Virus record (IMG/VR): IMGVR_UViG_2619619134_000012
Length of the DNA: 35,126 nt
Direction: 5' to 3' (one strand)
DNA from: a virus
Lineage: Duplodnaviria > Heunggongvirae > Uroviricota > Caudoviricetes
Below, piece after piece: positions 18,529-27,764 of this stretch. The notes under the pieces are model-generated. The model ran no database searches. It saw only the letters and a list, made by a program, of their open reading frames with translations, and was not told the origin of the DNA. The stretch's first letter is position 1, and the number at the start of each line of letters is the position of its first letter. The position numbers and the translations under genes are program-made.

Positions 18529-19590
18529 TTATTCCCCTCCTTCCGGTGCCGCAGGCGCGCTGAAATCACCGATTTCGATGTTTTCAACCAGCGCCGCGCA
18601 GCGGTAGTCCTCGACCACATACGCCTCGTTGACGGACTCAAAGTTTTCAATCCGGTCACGTTTCGGGTTGTCGATAACAGAACGGCGGCGGGTATCTTCC
18701 TGCCAGTAGATGGACAGGTTATCCAGACGGGTGATCAGCAGGGCATTTGCCGGGAAGTAAGGCGCACGCACGGCCTGCAGGCCGCCCATACGTTTCTGGC
18801 TGATGATCAGATCGGCGGCAATTTTCTCGCTGTTGTCCTGCTCTTTGTTGACCAGCGGGAAATACTTGTCAGACAGCAGTTCACGTCCGCAGACGACAAC
18901 CAGATCGTCATCATCCTGATAAACCGCGTCGATCAGCTCGTTGACGGCATCCATCACCACAGCGTCCAGGTTGGCATAGTCGCCGCCCTTGCCCACTTTG
19001 ACCGCGCCTGCAGTCGTTGCACCGTCTTTTGTGGTGCTGCCCATGACGTGATCCGGCGCGTCTTCGCGGATTTTCTGCAGCCAGCCTTTTTTGACGTCCT
19101 GCAGCAGCGGGTTTTCAGCACGGTTGGAGGTTTTGGCACGCTTCACGCCGTTAAAGCCGATCATGATGCGGTCCAGCGCCTGACGCTTGACGATGGCGTT
19201 GCGGATACGCACCTGGAAGTCCTGGAACTTCGCCCACAGGTCCAGTTTTGCGTAGGTCAGCACCGTGTCAAAGTTGGTCTGCTCGCATTTGTATTCCACG
19301 TCTTCCATCAGCGTCGGATCGGTAGGCTCGCGCTCTTTGGTGGTGGTATCGGTGGTTCCGGCAATGGTGCTGCCAACGCCCAGCCCCAGCAACTGACCGG
19401 ACTGCTCAGTGACCGGCGTGATGTTAATAACCGTCAGGAAAGCGGCGGACTGCTGGATCTGGTCTTCCAGCGTCTGCTGCACGGACGGCTCCACGGTAAA
19501 CTTGCTGGACAGTTCTTCAACTTCCACACCGTTCAGGCGCGCCAGTTGCTGCAGGTAAGCGTTAAAGGCAAAGCGGGTTTTCTTTTTCAT
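18529..19590 (-). CDS. N: Major capsid protein N
   Basis: 353-aa ORF at the P2 gpN position with a matching length. Confidence 0.9.
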   Translation of the reverse strand: MKKKTRFAFNAYLQQLARLNGVEVEELSSKFTVEPSVQQTLEDQIQQSAAFLTVINITPVTEQSGQLLGLGVGSTIAGTTDTTTKEREPTDPTLMEDVEYKCEQTNFDTVLTYAKLDLWAKFQDFQVRIRNAIVKRQALDRIMIGFNGVKRAKTSNRAENPLLQDVKKGWLQKIREDAPDHVMGSTTKDGATTAGAVKVGKGGDYANLDAVVMDAVNELIDAVYQDDDDLVVVCGRELLSDKYFPLVNKEQDNSEKIAADLIISQKRMGGLQAVRAPYFPANALLITRLDNLSIYWQEDTRRRSVIDNPKRDRIENFESVNEAYVVEDYRCAALVENIEIGDFSAPAAPEGGE

Positions 19591-19606
19591 CGGGTTTTAT
19601 GCTCCA

Positions 19607-20440
19607 TCAGCAATTGGTCAGGGTGCCTGCCGGTGCGTCACCGCCCGGCGCGCGCTGGCGGTAATCTTTGCGGCTGTCTTCACGGCTCAGCTGCTGCTGT
19701 AATTCGGCAAAGGCGGTCTGCTGCTCCTGCAGGGAGGACTCCAGCTCAGAAAGGCGCTGGTCCTGATCGGACAGGGATTTATCAGTGCGCTCGCTCAGGA
19801 TCTGCTGCTCAGTAGCGACCAGCTCCACGGCTTTATGCACATCAGAGAATCGCGCATCGTCGGTCTGCTCTTTTTTGGTGAACAGCGCGGTGACGCGGGC
19901 AAAGAGGGACGGCTTTTCGTCCTGGGCTTCTTCCAGTTCAATCAGCGTTTCAACCGCTTCCGAAAACAGGTTTTCAGGGTTCAGCTTACGGTTTGCCAGC
20001 GGGTTATGTGCTGCACTGGCGCTGAAAGCCAGCATTTCGGTGCCCAGGCTCGCAGGATCGTCCGTCGCACCCAGCCCCACAAGATAGGCTTTGCCGGTGT
20101 CGGCAAACTTCGTGCTGACCTCCATGGAGGTGAAAAGCTTCTGGCCTTTCTTCACCAGTTCCACCAGGGCGTCCGTGGGTTCGATATCGGCATAAAGCGC
20201 CATCTTGCCCGCCAGCGGGCCGTCCTGGATTTCTTCTGCAACCAGCCCCGTCACCCTGCCGTAGCGGTTAAAGGTGCTGTCCGGCAGATAAGACTTGATG
20301 TGCTCAAGGTTAATCAGCGCGGTATAGACCGTCGGGTTGTAGCTGGCAGCCATCTGTACCAGCCATTCACGCTGGATCTCGCGCCCGTCAGTGGTGGCAC
20401 CTTCCACCCCGATACGGAAACGCTTTGCTTTCACTGTCAT
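19607..20440 (-). CDS. O: Capsid scaffolding protein O
   Basis: 277-aa ORF with an acidic, coiled-coil-rich C-terminal half, upstream of N. Confidence 0.85.
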   Translation of the reverse strand: MTVKAKRFRIGVEGATTDGREIQREWLVQMAASYNPTVYTALINLEHIKSYLPDSTFNRYGRVTGLVAEEIQDGPLAGKMALYADIEPTDALVELVKKGQKLFTSMEVSTKFADTGKAYLVGLGATDDPASLGTEMLAFSASAAHNPLANRKLNPENLFSEAVETLIELEEAQDEKPSLFARVTALFTKKEQTDDARFSDVHKAVELVATEQQILSERTDKSLSDQDQRLSELESSLQEQQTAFAELQQQLSREDSRKDYRQRAPGGDAPAGTLTNC

Positions 20441-20488
20441 GAGCCGTGCTCCGTTAGAAATAACTTACTGGAGCCTTATGTTTGCGGT

Positions 20489-20536
20489 GATGGGGGGAGT
20501 GAGACAACGCGCTGTATTTGTACGGTAAACCACACA
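20489..20536. promoter_or_regulatory. Divergent late promoter region between O and P with TGT-N12-ACA activator element(s)
   Basis: Perfect TGTACGGTAAACCACACA at 20519-20536, centred about 87 nt upstream of the O start; a degenerate GAT-N12-ACA at 20489-20506 sits at the equivalent distance from the P start. Confidence 0.35.
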
Positions 20537-20582
20537 AACCGCAGCCGGGGAAAGCCTCCATCCAAGGCCGTATGTTTGGGCC

Positions 20583-22349
20583 ATGAACACGACACTGATC
20601 CCCGCAGACCTCGATCCCCGTCGGCAGGCCATGCTGCTGTACTTTCAGGGATACCGCGTAGCCCGCATTGCTGAAATGCTGGGCGAGAAAGTTGCAACCG
20701 TTCACAGCTGGAAGAAGCGCGACAAGTGGGGCGACTATGGGCCGCTGGATCAGATGCAGCTCACCACCGCCGCACGTTACTGCCAGCTCATTATGAAGGA
20801 GCAGAAAGAAGGGAAAGACTTCAAGGAAATTGACCTGCTGGCGCGCCAGTCAGAGCGCCACGCCCGGATCGGTAAATTTAACGATGGCGGGAACGAAGCA
20901 GACTTAAACCCGAACGTTGCCAACCGTAACAAAGGGCCGCGCCGCCAGCCCGAAAAGAATGTTTTCACCGATGAACAGACCGAAAAGCTGGAAGAAATCT
21001 TCCGCAACGGCATGTTTGAATATCAGCGCCACTGGTGGCAGGCAGGCGTAAAACACCGCATTCGCAACCTGCTTAAATCACGTCAGATTGGGGCAACATA
21101 CTTTTTTGCCCGCGAAGCGCTGATTGATGCCATCACCACCGGGCGCAACCAGATCTTCCTCTCAGCCAGTAAGGCGCAGGCGCACGTCTTTAAGCAGTAC
21201 ATCATCGACTTTGCAAAAGAGGTGGATGTTGAGCTGAAAGGCGACCCGATGACGCTCAGCAACGGCGCGTGCCTGTACTTCCTCGGCACCAACGCCCGCA
21301 CGGCGCAGAGCTACCACGGCAATCTGTACCTTGATGAATATTTCTGGATACCGAAATTCCAGGAGCTGCGCAAGGTTGCCTCCGGTATGGCCATTCACAA
21401 GAAATGGCGACAAACCTACTTCTCCACGCCGTCCAGCCTGACCCACAGCGCCTATCCGTTCTGGTCCGGCGCGCTGTTTAACCGGGGCCGTGCCAAAGCG
21501 GACAAGGTGGATATTGACCTGACCCACAGCAACCTTGCGCGCGGCCTGCTCTGCCCTGACGGACAGTACCGCCAGATCGTCACCGTGGAGGATGCGGTGC
21601 GCGGCGGCTGTAACTTGTTCGACCTCGACCAGCTGCGCATGGAGTACAGCCCGGACGAATACCAGAACCTGCTGATGTGCGAATTTATTGACGATCTGGC
21701 GTCAGTATTCCCGCTCAGCGAACTGCAGGCGTGCATGGTGGACAGCTGGGAAGTCTGGACCGATTTTCATGCTCTGGCGCTGCGCCCGTTTGGCTGGCGC
21801 GAAGTCTGGATCGGATACGACCCGGCGAAAGGCACGCAGAACGGTGACAGCGCCGGGTGCGTGGTGGTGGCACCGCCAACCGTGCCAGGCGGCAAGTTCC
21901 GCATTCTGGAGCGACACCAGTGGCGCGGGATGGACTTCCGCGCCCAGGCTGACGCCATTAAAAAACTGACACAGCAGTACAACGTGACCTATATCGGCAT
22001 CGACTCGACCGGCGTCGGTCACGGTGTCTACGAGAACGTGAAAGCGTTCTTTCCTGCCGTGCGGGAGTTTGTCTACAACCCCAACGTCAAAAACGCCCTG
22101 GTGCTCAAGGCCTACGACATCATCAGCCACCGCCGTCTGGAGTTTGACGCCGGGCATACCGACATTGCGCAGTCCTTTATGGCTATCCGCCGGGCCACCA
22201 CCGCCAGCGGCAACCGCCCAACCTATGAAGCCAGCCGCAGCGAAGAAGCCAGCCACGCAGATTTGGCCTGGGCAACGATGCACGCACTGTTTAACGAACC
22301 GCTGCAGGGCGAGGCCGCCAATACCAGCAACATTGTGGAGATTTTCTGA
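20583..22349 (+). CDS. P: Terminase large subunit (ATPase plus nuclease)
   Basis: 588-aa ORF with a lambda-gpA-type deviant Walker A candidate KSRQIGAT, Walker B LYLDE and a C-terminal nuclease region (VWIGYDPAKG...IGIDSTGVGHG). Confidence 0.9.
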   Translation: MNTTLIPADLDPRRQAMLLYFQGYRVARIAEMLGEKVATVHSWKKRDKWGDYGPLDQMQLTTAARYCQLIMKEQKEGKDFKEIDLLARQSERHARIGKFNDGGNEADLNPNVANRNKGPRRQPEKNVFTDEQTEKLEEIFRNGMFEYQRHWWQAGVKHRIRNLLKSRQIGATYFFAREALIDAITTGRNQIFLSASKAQAHVFKQYIIDFAKEVDVELKGDPMTLSNGACLYFLGTNARTAQSYHGNLYLDEYFWIPKFQELRKVASGMAIHKKWRQTYFSTPSSLTHSAYPFWSGALFNRGRAKADKVDIDLTHSNLARGLLCPDGQYRQIVTVEDAVRGGCNLFDLDQLRMEYSPDEYQNLLMCEFIDDLASVFPLSELQACMVDSWEVWTDFHALALRPFGWREVWIGYDPAKGTQNGDSAGCVVVAPPTVPGGKFRILERHQWRGMDFRAQADAIKKLTQQYNVTYIGIDSTGVGHGVYENVKAFFPAVREFVYNPNVKNALVLKAYDIISHRRLEFDAGHTDIAQSFMAIRRATTASGNRPTYEASRSEEASHADLAWATMHALFNEPLQGEAANTSNIVEIF

Positions 22350-23074
22350 TGCACTCAACCCCAACTAACCTCATGACCACCGCCAGCCTGCCTGTAGATC
22401 GCCCTTTCTTTGCTTACCAGCATGAATGGAACAGCGGCGCACGCAGCAGAAACCGTGTGCTTACAAAAATGCGTCAGGCTGGCGCAGATTTCTTTTTCGC
22501 CTACGAAGCCCTGAACGATGCACTGCATACCGGACGCAACCAGATTTTTCTGGGCTGCACCCCGGCATCCGCCCTGACAGTCAAAACCTATATGTCAGCC
22601 TTTATAGATCAGGCTGCAGCCTGGACACACCTTGGAAAAATAAAATCAGGCAAAGCGCATCTGGAACTACCAAACGGTGCAGTCATTTATTTTATCGGGC
22701 CGGAAAGCCTCGCCGCCGCGCTCCATGGAAACGTCTACGTGTCAGAGTATGCCTGGGCGGACTCCCCGAAAAATATGATTGCGCTCGCCAAAAGCCTGTC
22801 CATGCACGCGCGCTATCACGCTACCTACTACACCACCCCAAGCCCCAGCCCGGAAGCATGGCGGGAATACAAGAAGCTGATTGCCCGCAACAGCACAACC
22901 AGCATGACCTTTACCGCTGATGACGCTGCAGCATCCGGGGCAACGCTCGCAACCGGAGCCGCGCTCTTTGATGATGAATGGCTGAATGACATGAAAAAAG
23001 AATTATCAGCAGCGGACTGGAGAATGTTGTTTATGTGCGAATGGCCCCAGTTTGACAAGGAGCAGATGGCATGA
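22349..23074 (+). CDS. Terminase-ATPase-domain-only paralogue (truncated, motif-degenerate terminase large-subunit-like protein)
   Basis: 241-aa ORF overlapping the P stop (TGATG) and the Q start (ATGA); aligns by eye with the ATPase core of the adjacent P protein (KMRQAGADFFFAYEALNDALHTGRNQIFL vs KSRQIGATYFFAREALIDAITTGRNQIFL; LFMCEW vs LLMCEF) but lacks the N-terminal and nuclease regions. Confidence 0.7.
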   Translation: MHSTPTNLMTTASLPVDRPFFAYQHEWNSGARSRNRVLTKMRQAGADFFFAYEALNDALHTGRNQIFLGCTPASALTVKTYMSAFIDQAAAWTHLGKIKSGKAHLELPNGAVIYFIGPESLAAALHGNVYVSEYAWADSPKNMIALAKSLSMHARYHATYYTTPSPSPEAWREYKKLIARNSTTSMTFTADDAAASGATLATGAALFDDEWLNDMKKELSAADWRMLFMCEWPQFDKEQMA

Positions 23075-24123
23075 GCAAACGCAAAAACCGGAATAACCGC
23101 GCAGCGGTAGATCACAAAGCTAAACCGCACGGTGATGCGGTGGCTGAGGCATTCAGCTTTGGCGACCCGGTGCCGGTGCTGGACCGGCGCGAGCTTCTGG
23201 ACTATGTGGAATGCGTGCAGATGGACCGCTGGTATGAGCCGCCGGTCAGCTTTGACGGGCTGGCGCGAACCTACCGCGCCGCCGTGCACCATAGCTCCCC
23301 GATTGCGGTTAAACGTGACATTCTCAGCAGTACGTACATCCCGCACCGCCTGCTCAGCCAGCAGGCTTTTGCCCGTTTCGTCCAGGATTATCTGGTGTTC
23401 GGTAACGCCTATCTGGAAAAGCGCACCAACCGGCTCGGCGGCGTTCTCTCACTGGAGCCAGCACTGGCGAAGTACACACGCCGTGGCGTGGACCTCGACA
23501 CCTACTGGTTTGTGCAGTACGGCCTGACCACGCAGCCCTATGATTTTACACAGGGCAACATTTTTCACCTGATGGAGCCGGATATTAACCAGGAGATTTA
23601 CGGGCTGCCCGGCTATCTCTCCGCCATTCCGTCAACCTTGCTCAACGAGTCCGCCACGCTGTTCCGCCGGAAGTATTACATCAACGGCAGCCACGCGGGT
23701 TTCATCATGTACATGACCGACGCAGCACAGAACCAGGAGGATGTGAACAATATCCGCCAGGCAATGAAAAGCGCCAAAGGACCTGGTAACTTCCGTAACC
23801 TGTTTATGTATTCACCCAACGGTAAAAAGGACGGCATCCAGATCATCCCGTTATCGGAGGTTGCTGCAAAGGATGAGTTTCTGAACATCAAGAACGTCAG
23901 CCGCGATGACATGATGGCAGCGCACCGCGTACCGCCACAGATGATGGGTATTATTCCCAACAATACCGGCGGCTTTGGTGATGTGGAAAAGGCCAGCCGT
24001 GTCTTTGTTCGCAACGAGCTGATGCCGCTGCAGAAGCGACTGCAGGAGCTTAACGACTGGCTGGGCGAAGAAGTGATCCGCTTTGAGCCTTACGACCTGG
24101 GTTTAAAAAGCAAGCGCAACTAA
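23071..24123 (+). CDS. Q: Portal protein
   Basis: 350-aa ORF with clear P2 gpQ similarity (FGDPVPVLDRRELLDYVEC...WYEPPVSFDGLA...AVHHSSPI...); AAGGAG ribosome-binding site. Confidence 0.9.
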   Translation: MSKRKNRNNRAAVDHKAKPHGDAVAEAFSFGDPVPVLDRRELLDYVECVQMDRWYEPPVSFDGLARTYRAAVHHSSPIAVKRDILSSTYIPHRLLSQQAFARFVQDYLVFGNAYLEKRTNRLGGVLSLEPALAKYTRRGVDLDTYWFVQYGLTTQPYDFTQGNIFHLMEPDINQEIYGLPGYLSAIPSTLLNESATLFRRKYYINGSHAGFIMYMTDAAQNQEDVNNIRQAMKSAKGPGNFRNLFMYSPNGKKDGIQIIPLSEVAAKDEFLNIKNVSRDDMMAAHRVPPQMMGIIPNNTGGFGDVEKASRVFVRNELMPLQKRLQELNDWLGEEVIRFEPYDLGLKSKRN

Positions 24124-24160
24124 CCTACTTCAGCACCATTTCAAAGAGATGCCCATTCAC

Positions 24161-24197
24161 AGCGCCCCGGCAGCATTCTGCGGGGCGCTTCTTTTTT
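24161..24197 (+). terminator. Rho-independent terminator after Q
   Basis: AGCGCCCCG ... CGGGGCGCT stem followed by TCTTTTTT. Confidence 0.55.
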
Positions 24198-24284
24198 GCT
24201 GCTGCTCCCTTTCCCTTAGAGATTGAATCCGCCAGCGTGCCTGATATTGTGCCGGATTTTCACCATTTCACCCCATTGCGCGCG

Positions 24285-24303
24285 CTCGTATCCCCGCCAC
24301 GCC
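24285..24303. other. Candidate cos (cohesive end) site
   Basis: Minus strand reads GGCGTGGCGGGGATACGAG, resembling the P2/186 cohesive-end sequences as I recall them (GGCG[A/T]GGCGGGGAAAGCA...); next to Q where cos lies in P2. Confidence 0.4.
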
Positions 24304-24345
24304 TGCCCGCTTTATGTAGTGGTTTTCATGCACCTGCATGAGACA

Positions 24346-24374
24346 GGCAAAAGCCCGCCAGTTCTGGCGGGCCT
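24346..24374 (-). terminator. Candidate terminator of the SOS cassette transcript
   Basis: Perfect GCCCGCCAG / CTGGCGGGC inverted repeat followed on the minus strand by TTTTG. Confidence 0.4.
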
Positions 24375-24438
24375 CAGCATAAACGATCCTTAAACGATCA
24401 TGCGTTTTCATGCGGCATAGTCATGCACTACGACGAAA

Positions 24439-24729
24439 TCAGTCAAACAGAGAATAATTTGCATCAAATTCATGACTTGTGGCTTCGACTTTCGTAATAA
24501 CTATCAAGTAACCAAGTCCATCAGATAAAGACACCGGATACTCCAGCTCAAGCCAGAAACAGTCATCATAAGTTCTTCCCATCCAGTATCCGCCGCCGCA
24601 CTCTTTTGGGCGTTGAAAGAAAACCCACTGACCTGGAATGATTGTTTCCAGCGTTTGACCGCGATATACAATTTGATACTTGTTGTCTTTAGACCCCATA
24701 GCTAACGCCTCGCATAGCTCGTTGTTCAA
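24439..24729 (-). CDS. Hypothetical protein (96 aa), last gene of the SOS cassette
   Basis: ORF in a lower-GC stretch 43 nt downstream of the DinI-like gene on the same strand; no family recognised. Confidence 0.5.
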   Translation of the reverse strand: MNNELCEALAMGSKDNKYQIVYRGQTLETIIPGQWVFFQRPKECGGGYWMGRTYDDCFWLELEYPVSLSDGLGYLIVITKVEATSHEFDANYSLFD

Positions 24730-24772
24730 CCTTGCGAGCGCCAGAACTACGTTCTGCCTCTCACAACGTTAT

Positions 24773-25006
24773 CTAATGTAACCAGCTGTCGTCCTCCCAG
24801 ACCTGCTGCATAATTTCCATCACTCGCTTTTTGTCTTCATCCAGTTTTAACCCGCTCAGTTCAACACCATTGGCACTGCCCTTACGGATACGAATTGCTG
24901 TTTTGGGATACAGAGGGCGCAAATTACGGTAAAGCTCGGATTCAAGGGCTTCCAGTGTGGCCTGGCTAATCTTCTGCTCTTTATCGATCATTATTTCAAT
25001 GCGCAT
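24773..25006 (-). CDS. DinI-family protein
   Basis: 77 aa (MRIEIMIDKEQKISQATLEALESELYRNLRPLYPKTAIRIRKGSANGVEL...KKRVMEIMQQVWEDDSW) with the DinI pattern MRIE...K...AL..EL.R...P...R...K.R..EI.Q..WE...W; own AGGGAA ribosome-binding site. Confidence 0.8.
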   Translation of the reverse strand: MRIEIMIDKEQKISQATLEALESELYRNLRPLYPKTAIRIRKGSANGVELSGLKLDEDKKRVMEIMQQVWEDDSWLH

Positions 25007-25017
25007 ACAGATTCCCT

Positions 25018-25206
25018 TTAACTGGTAACGTCCATTGACCGGCTGTATTCATGGCTGCGAATTTTCGCCATCAACTCGTCTGTCAGTTCGGACACCCACT
25101 GGATAGCCAGCCGCTTTTCTTCGTCGCTGCACTCACTAGCCGCTACAAGCTTGATAAAAAAATCAATACGCTGGAGCTTCAATGACTCCAAAAGATAGTC
25201 CTGCAT
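25018..25206 (-). CDS. Hypothetical small protein (62 aa), first gene downstream of the LexA box; possible Tum-like antirepressor component
   Basis: Start chosen at ATG 25206 (MQDYLLESLKLQRIDFFIKL...) because of a strong AGGAGG site 6 nt upstream; the longer track ORF (to 25383) would run through the promoter and LexA box. Confidence 0.5.
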   Translation of the reverse strand: MQDYLLESLKLQRIDFFIKLVAASECSDEEKRLAIQWVSELTDELMAKIRSHEYSRSMDVTS

Positions 25207-25254
25207 CTTCCCTCCTATCATTACACGGATACACAAGCACTGTATATATACCCA

Positions 25255-25270
25255 CTGTTTATATAAACAG
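25255..25270. promoter_or_regulatory. LexA box (SOS operator)
   Basis: CTGTTTATATAAACAG is a perfect CTGT-N8-ACAG palindrome with an AT-rich spacer, about 50 nt upstream of the 62-aa gene; a second, imperfect half-box (CTGTATATATACCCAC) starts at 25240. Confidence 0.6.
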
Positions 25271-25364
25271 TATAGTAGGAAAGAAAAAATGTAAAACTCT
25301 TTTTTGTCAGTTAATTGGATGTACTGACGCCAGTCAATAAAGCACGAAATGTTAAACAGCATCC

Positions 25365-27764
25365 TTAGTACCATTGACGCCATTTGTCATCTTCCTGCAG
25401 CCTCTGGTTACGGTAAAAAATACGTAAACCGGCACCGGATGGAATGCTGCCGCCACGCAGAAGCAAATCAATCTCAGATGCACTACCTTCAAACCCTCTG
25501 GCAGTCAGTTCTGCCTCAAGCTGCAGGCGCTGCTGCTCCGAAATACTCTGTATGTATGCTTTTTTCCGCTTCGGTTTTACCAGTCTCAACCTGGCTGTCA
25601 GCTCCCGCCGTTCCTTCTGGCCCATGTTGTGGAGATATTCCTGCAGCTCCTTCTCATCCATGGTTTTAATATCGGGTAAATCACCCCCTGATTTGTTCAG
25701 ATTTTCAACAGGGGGACAGTTATTGCCACGAGTCCAAGGGGCGCAAGCGCCCTGGTCGGCTGCCGCCTCCTGAACGTCAACGGCCTTACGAACCTTTTTC
25801 CACTTCATCGCGTGCGTGCAAATCTTGCCCTCTGCAATCGGGGACCAGATGCCATAGATACGGATACCGTGATCGCCGTAGGCGCTCGGTTCGTCGTTAA
25901 GCTCATAAGCAGTGCGGACAAGGTGATGTTTGCGGGGAACCAGTACACCGCCCTGCTTCATGATGTAGGTGGCAAAGCAACCCGCATCTGCAGCCGCCAG
26001 TACCGCATCCAGACGTGGATTATCCAGTACAGGCGCACCCGCTTTGCGTTCGCCCTGTACTCTCGCCGCCTGACCAGCCAGCAAGCGCAGCTCGCGGTAT
26101 GCCTGGCGCCCCGGAATACCAAAGAAACGAAATTGCTGGACACGGTGCAGTGACGCCCAGGCGCTGACATGCTCGGCGCTGTCACGCAGTGATCTGCCGG
26201 TTTCTTTGCTGATTTCTTTAGCCAGCCCGCGCCCGTCGATGTTCTTACTGATGTATTTGGCGATGTAGCTTGTCGGTGTGCCCTTGCGCGGGTTGATTAG
26301 CTCGGACTTGAAGCGCGGTCCGGTATTGGTGCCCAGCTCCTCGCGGTCTTCACGGATGGCAAACTTTCGCAGCAGCGCGGTGATGGAACGACGGTCTTTT
26401 TTGCGCATAAAGCACAGAAGATGCCAGTGCACAGTGCCGTCATGGTGCGGCTCTGCAACGCGGACGCCGTACCAGCGCAGCCCGGCTTTGTGCATGGCCT
26501 TGCGGAAAGCGGCGAATGTATCAACCAGATAGTCACTGCTCTGCCGGACCGTGGCGCTGGTCCATTTCGGATTAGGTCTGCCGTTGTTGAGGGTTGCGTG
26601 GAAGCGTGACGGGCAGGTGATGGTATAGAACACGGCGCAGTCTCCGCGCATTTCCGCGATCAGCTCCAGCCCTTTAACACAGGCCATCATTTCATTACGG
26701 CGGTGCGCCGGGTTGCTGTTGCTGGCGTTCACCACATCTTCCATATCCAGCGTGTCACCGTCTTCGTTGACCAGTTCATGCGAGCGGAAGAACTCCAGCG
26801 ATTTGCGGCGCTGCTCGCGTTTGTGGATCACGGCTTCATAGCTGACATACGGGGACGCTTTCTTGTTGACCAGGCAGACGGCGCGCAGCTGCCCCCCCCG
26901 CCACTCGCAGCGCATCTGCCACAATTTGCGATACCACCAGTCCGCGCACAGCATGCGAGCCAGCGACGGTGGGATCAGTTCATAAGGCACCGACTTGCGG
27001 CGGCGCTTTTTGCGGCGCAACTGCTCAAAGGCAGGCGGGATGACCTCAAGGCGCATGGCTTCTGCTGCAACCCTTTCCCATGCCTGGCGGATTTCTTCTG
27101 GTTTAACATCGTCACTGACAAACAGATCACTGCAGGCCGTATCAAGACACATGCTCATATGTGCCGCAACCAGCGTGGAAAGGCGCTTTACCTGCTCCTG
27201 ATTCATTTCAGGCAGTACCAGCAACCCCTCCAGCCCGTCCTGGATCGCCATGAACCGGAAAGACGCAGACACCTGGCTGTCACGCACGCGCTCCAGCCGC
27301 TCCAGACAAGGCCTGATTGTTTCGCGCAGATAGCGGGAATAAGCTTTAGCCCTGCCCAGGCTATGGAAGTATTTAATCCGCTCCAGCAAAGGCTTGCTGA
27401 TATGGGCAGGCATGGCGCTAACATCGGCAATAATCACCAAATCGGGATTAACGCGCTGCTGTTCGCGGGCCATTTTGGCATGGCTAATCAGCCGATCCTG
27501 CTCCATTTCACGCTGGACAGGATCGCGGGATTCATTAAAGAAATAGAGTTCCCAAACCTCATCACTCAGCGCCTCACGGCGCAGATGCTCCTGCTCGTTA
27601 TCCGCAGCATACAGAGTGATGAGGTTTGAAAGCGCAGACTCCGGCGCAACGTCCGCCGGTTCCAGATACGGATTAACCGCTTTTTTTGTGGTATTCCATG
27701 GAAAGGCTGCGGCGGCCTCATTCGAGCCGCCGGTCGCCGCCATTTCGAAGCTGGTCAACTTCAC
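25365..27764 (-). CDS. A: Replication initiation protein A (rolling-circle nickase)
   Basis: 799-aa ORF with P2 gpA-type motifs ([22 protein letters not shown]; [12 protein letters not shown]); exact start uncertain. Confidence 0.85.
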   Translation of the reverse strand: MKLTSFEMAATGGSNEAAAAFPWNTTKKAVNPYLEPADVAPESALSNLITLYAADNEQEHLRREALSDEVWELYFFNESRDPVQREMEQDRLISHAKMAREQQRVNPDLVIIADVSAMPAHISKPLLERIKYFHSLGRAKAYSRYLRETIRPCLERLERVRDSQVSASFRFMAIQDGLEGLLVLPEMNQEQVKRLSTLVAAHMSMCLDTACSDLFVSDDVKPEEIRQAWERVAAEAMRLEVIPPAFEQLRRKKRRRKSVPYELIPPSLARMLCADWWYRKLWQMRCEWRGGQLRAVCLVNKKASPYVSYEAVIHKREQRRKSLEFFRSHELVNEDGDTLDMEDVVNASNSNPAHRRNEMMACVKGLELIAEMRGDCAVFYTITCPSRFHATLNNGRPNPKWTSATVRQSSDYLVDTFAAFRKAMHKAGLRWYGVRVAEPHHDGTVHWHLLCFMRKKDRRSITALLRKFAIREDREELGTNTGPRFKSELINPRKGTPTSYIAKYISKNIDGRGLAKEISKETGRSLRDSAEHVSAWASLHRVQQFRFFGIPGRQAYRELRLLAGQAARVQGERKAGAPVLDNPRLDAVLAAADAGCFATYIMKQGGVLVPRKHHLVRTAYELNDEPSAYGDHGIRIYGIWSPIAEGKICTHAMKWKKVRKAVDVQEAAADQGACAPWTRGNNCPPVENLNKSGGDLPDIKTMDEKELQEYLHNMGQKERRELTARLRLVKPKRKKAYIQSISEQQRLQLEAELTARGFEGSASEIDLLLRGGSIPSGAGLRIFYRNQRLQEDDKWRQWY

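Noticed and set aside
18124-19815. 563-aa plus-strand ORF
   Set aside because: Lies entirely antisense to the well-supported capsid (N) and scaffold (O) genes, has low-complexity composition rich in H, Q, R, G and V, and no recognisable domain; a GC-rich antisense artefact.
20454-20705. Two overlapping minus-strand ORFs of 73 and 83 aa
   Set aside because: They span the O/P divergent promoter region and the 5' end of P antisense; no coding signal.
25207-25383. N-terminal extension of the 62-aa SOS gene in the ORF track
   Set aside because: The extension would be translated through the AT-rich promoter and LexA box region and lacks a ribosome-binding site, while the internal ATG has a strong one.
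26703-27629. 308-aa plus-strand ORF
   Set aside because: Antisense to the replication gene A, whose frame carries unmistakable gpA motifs; no motifs in this frame.
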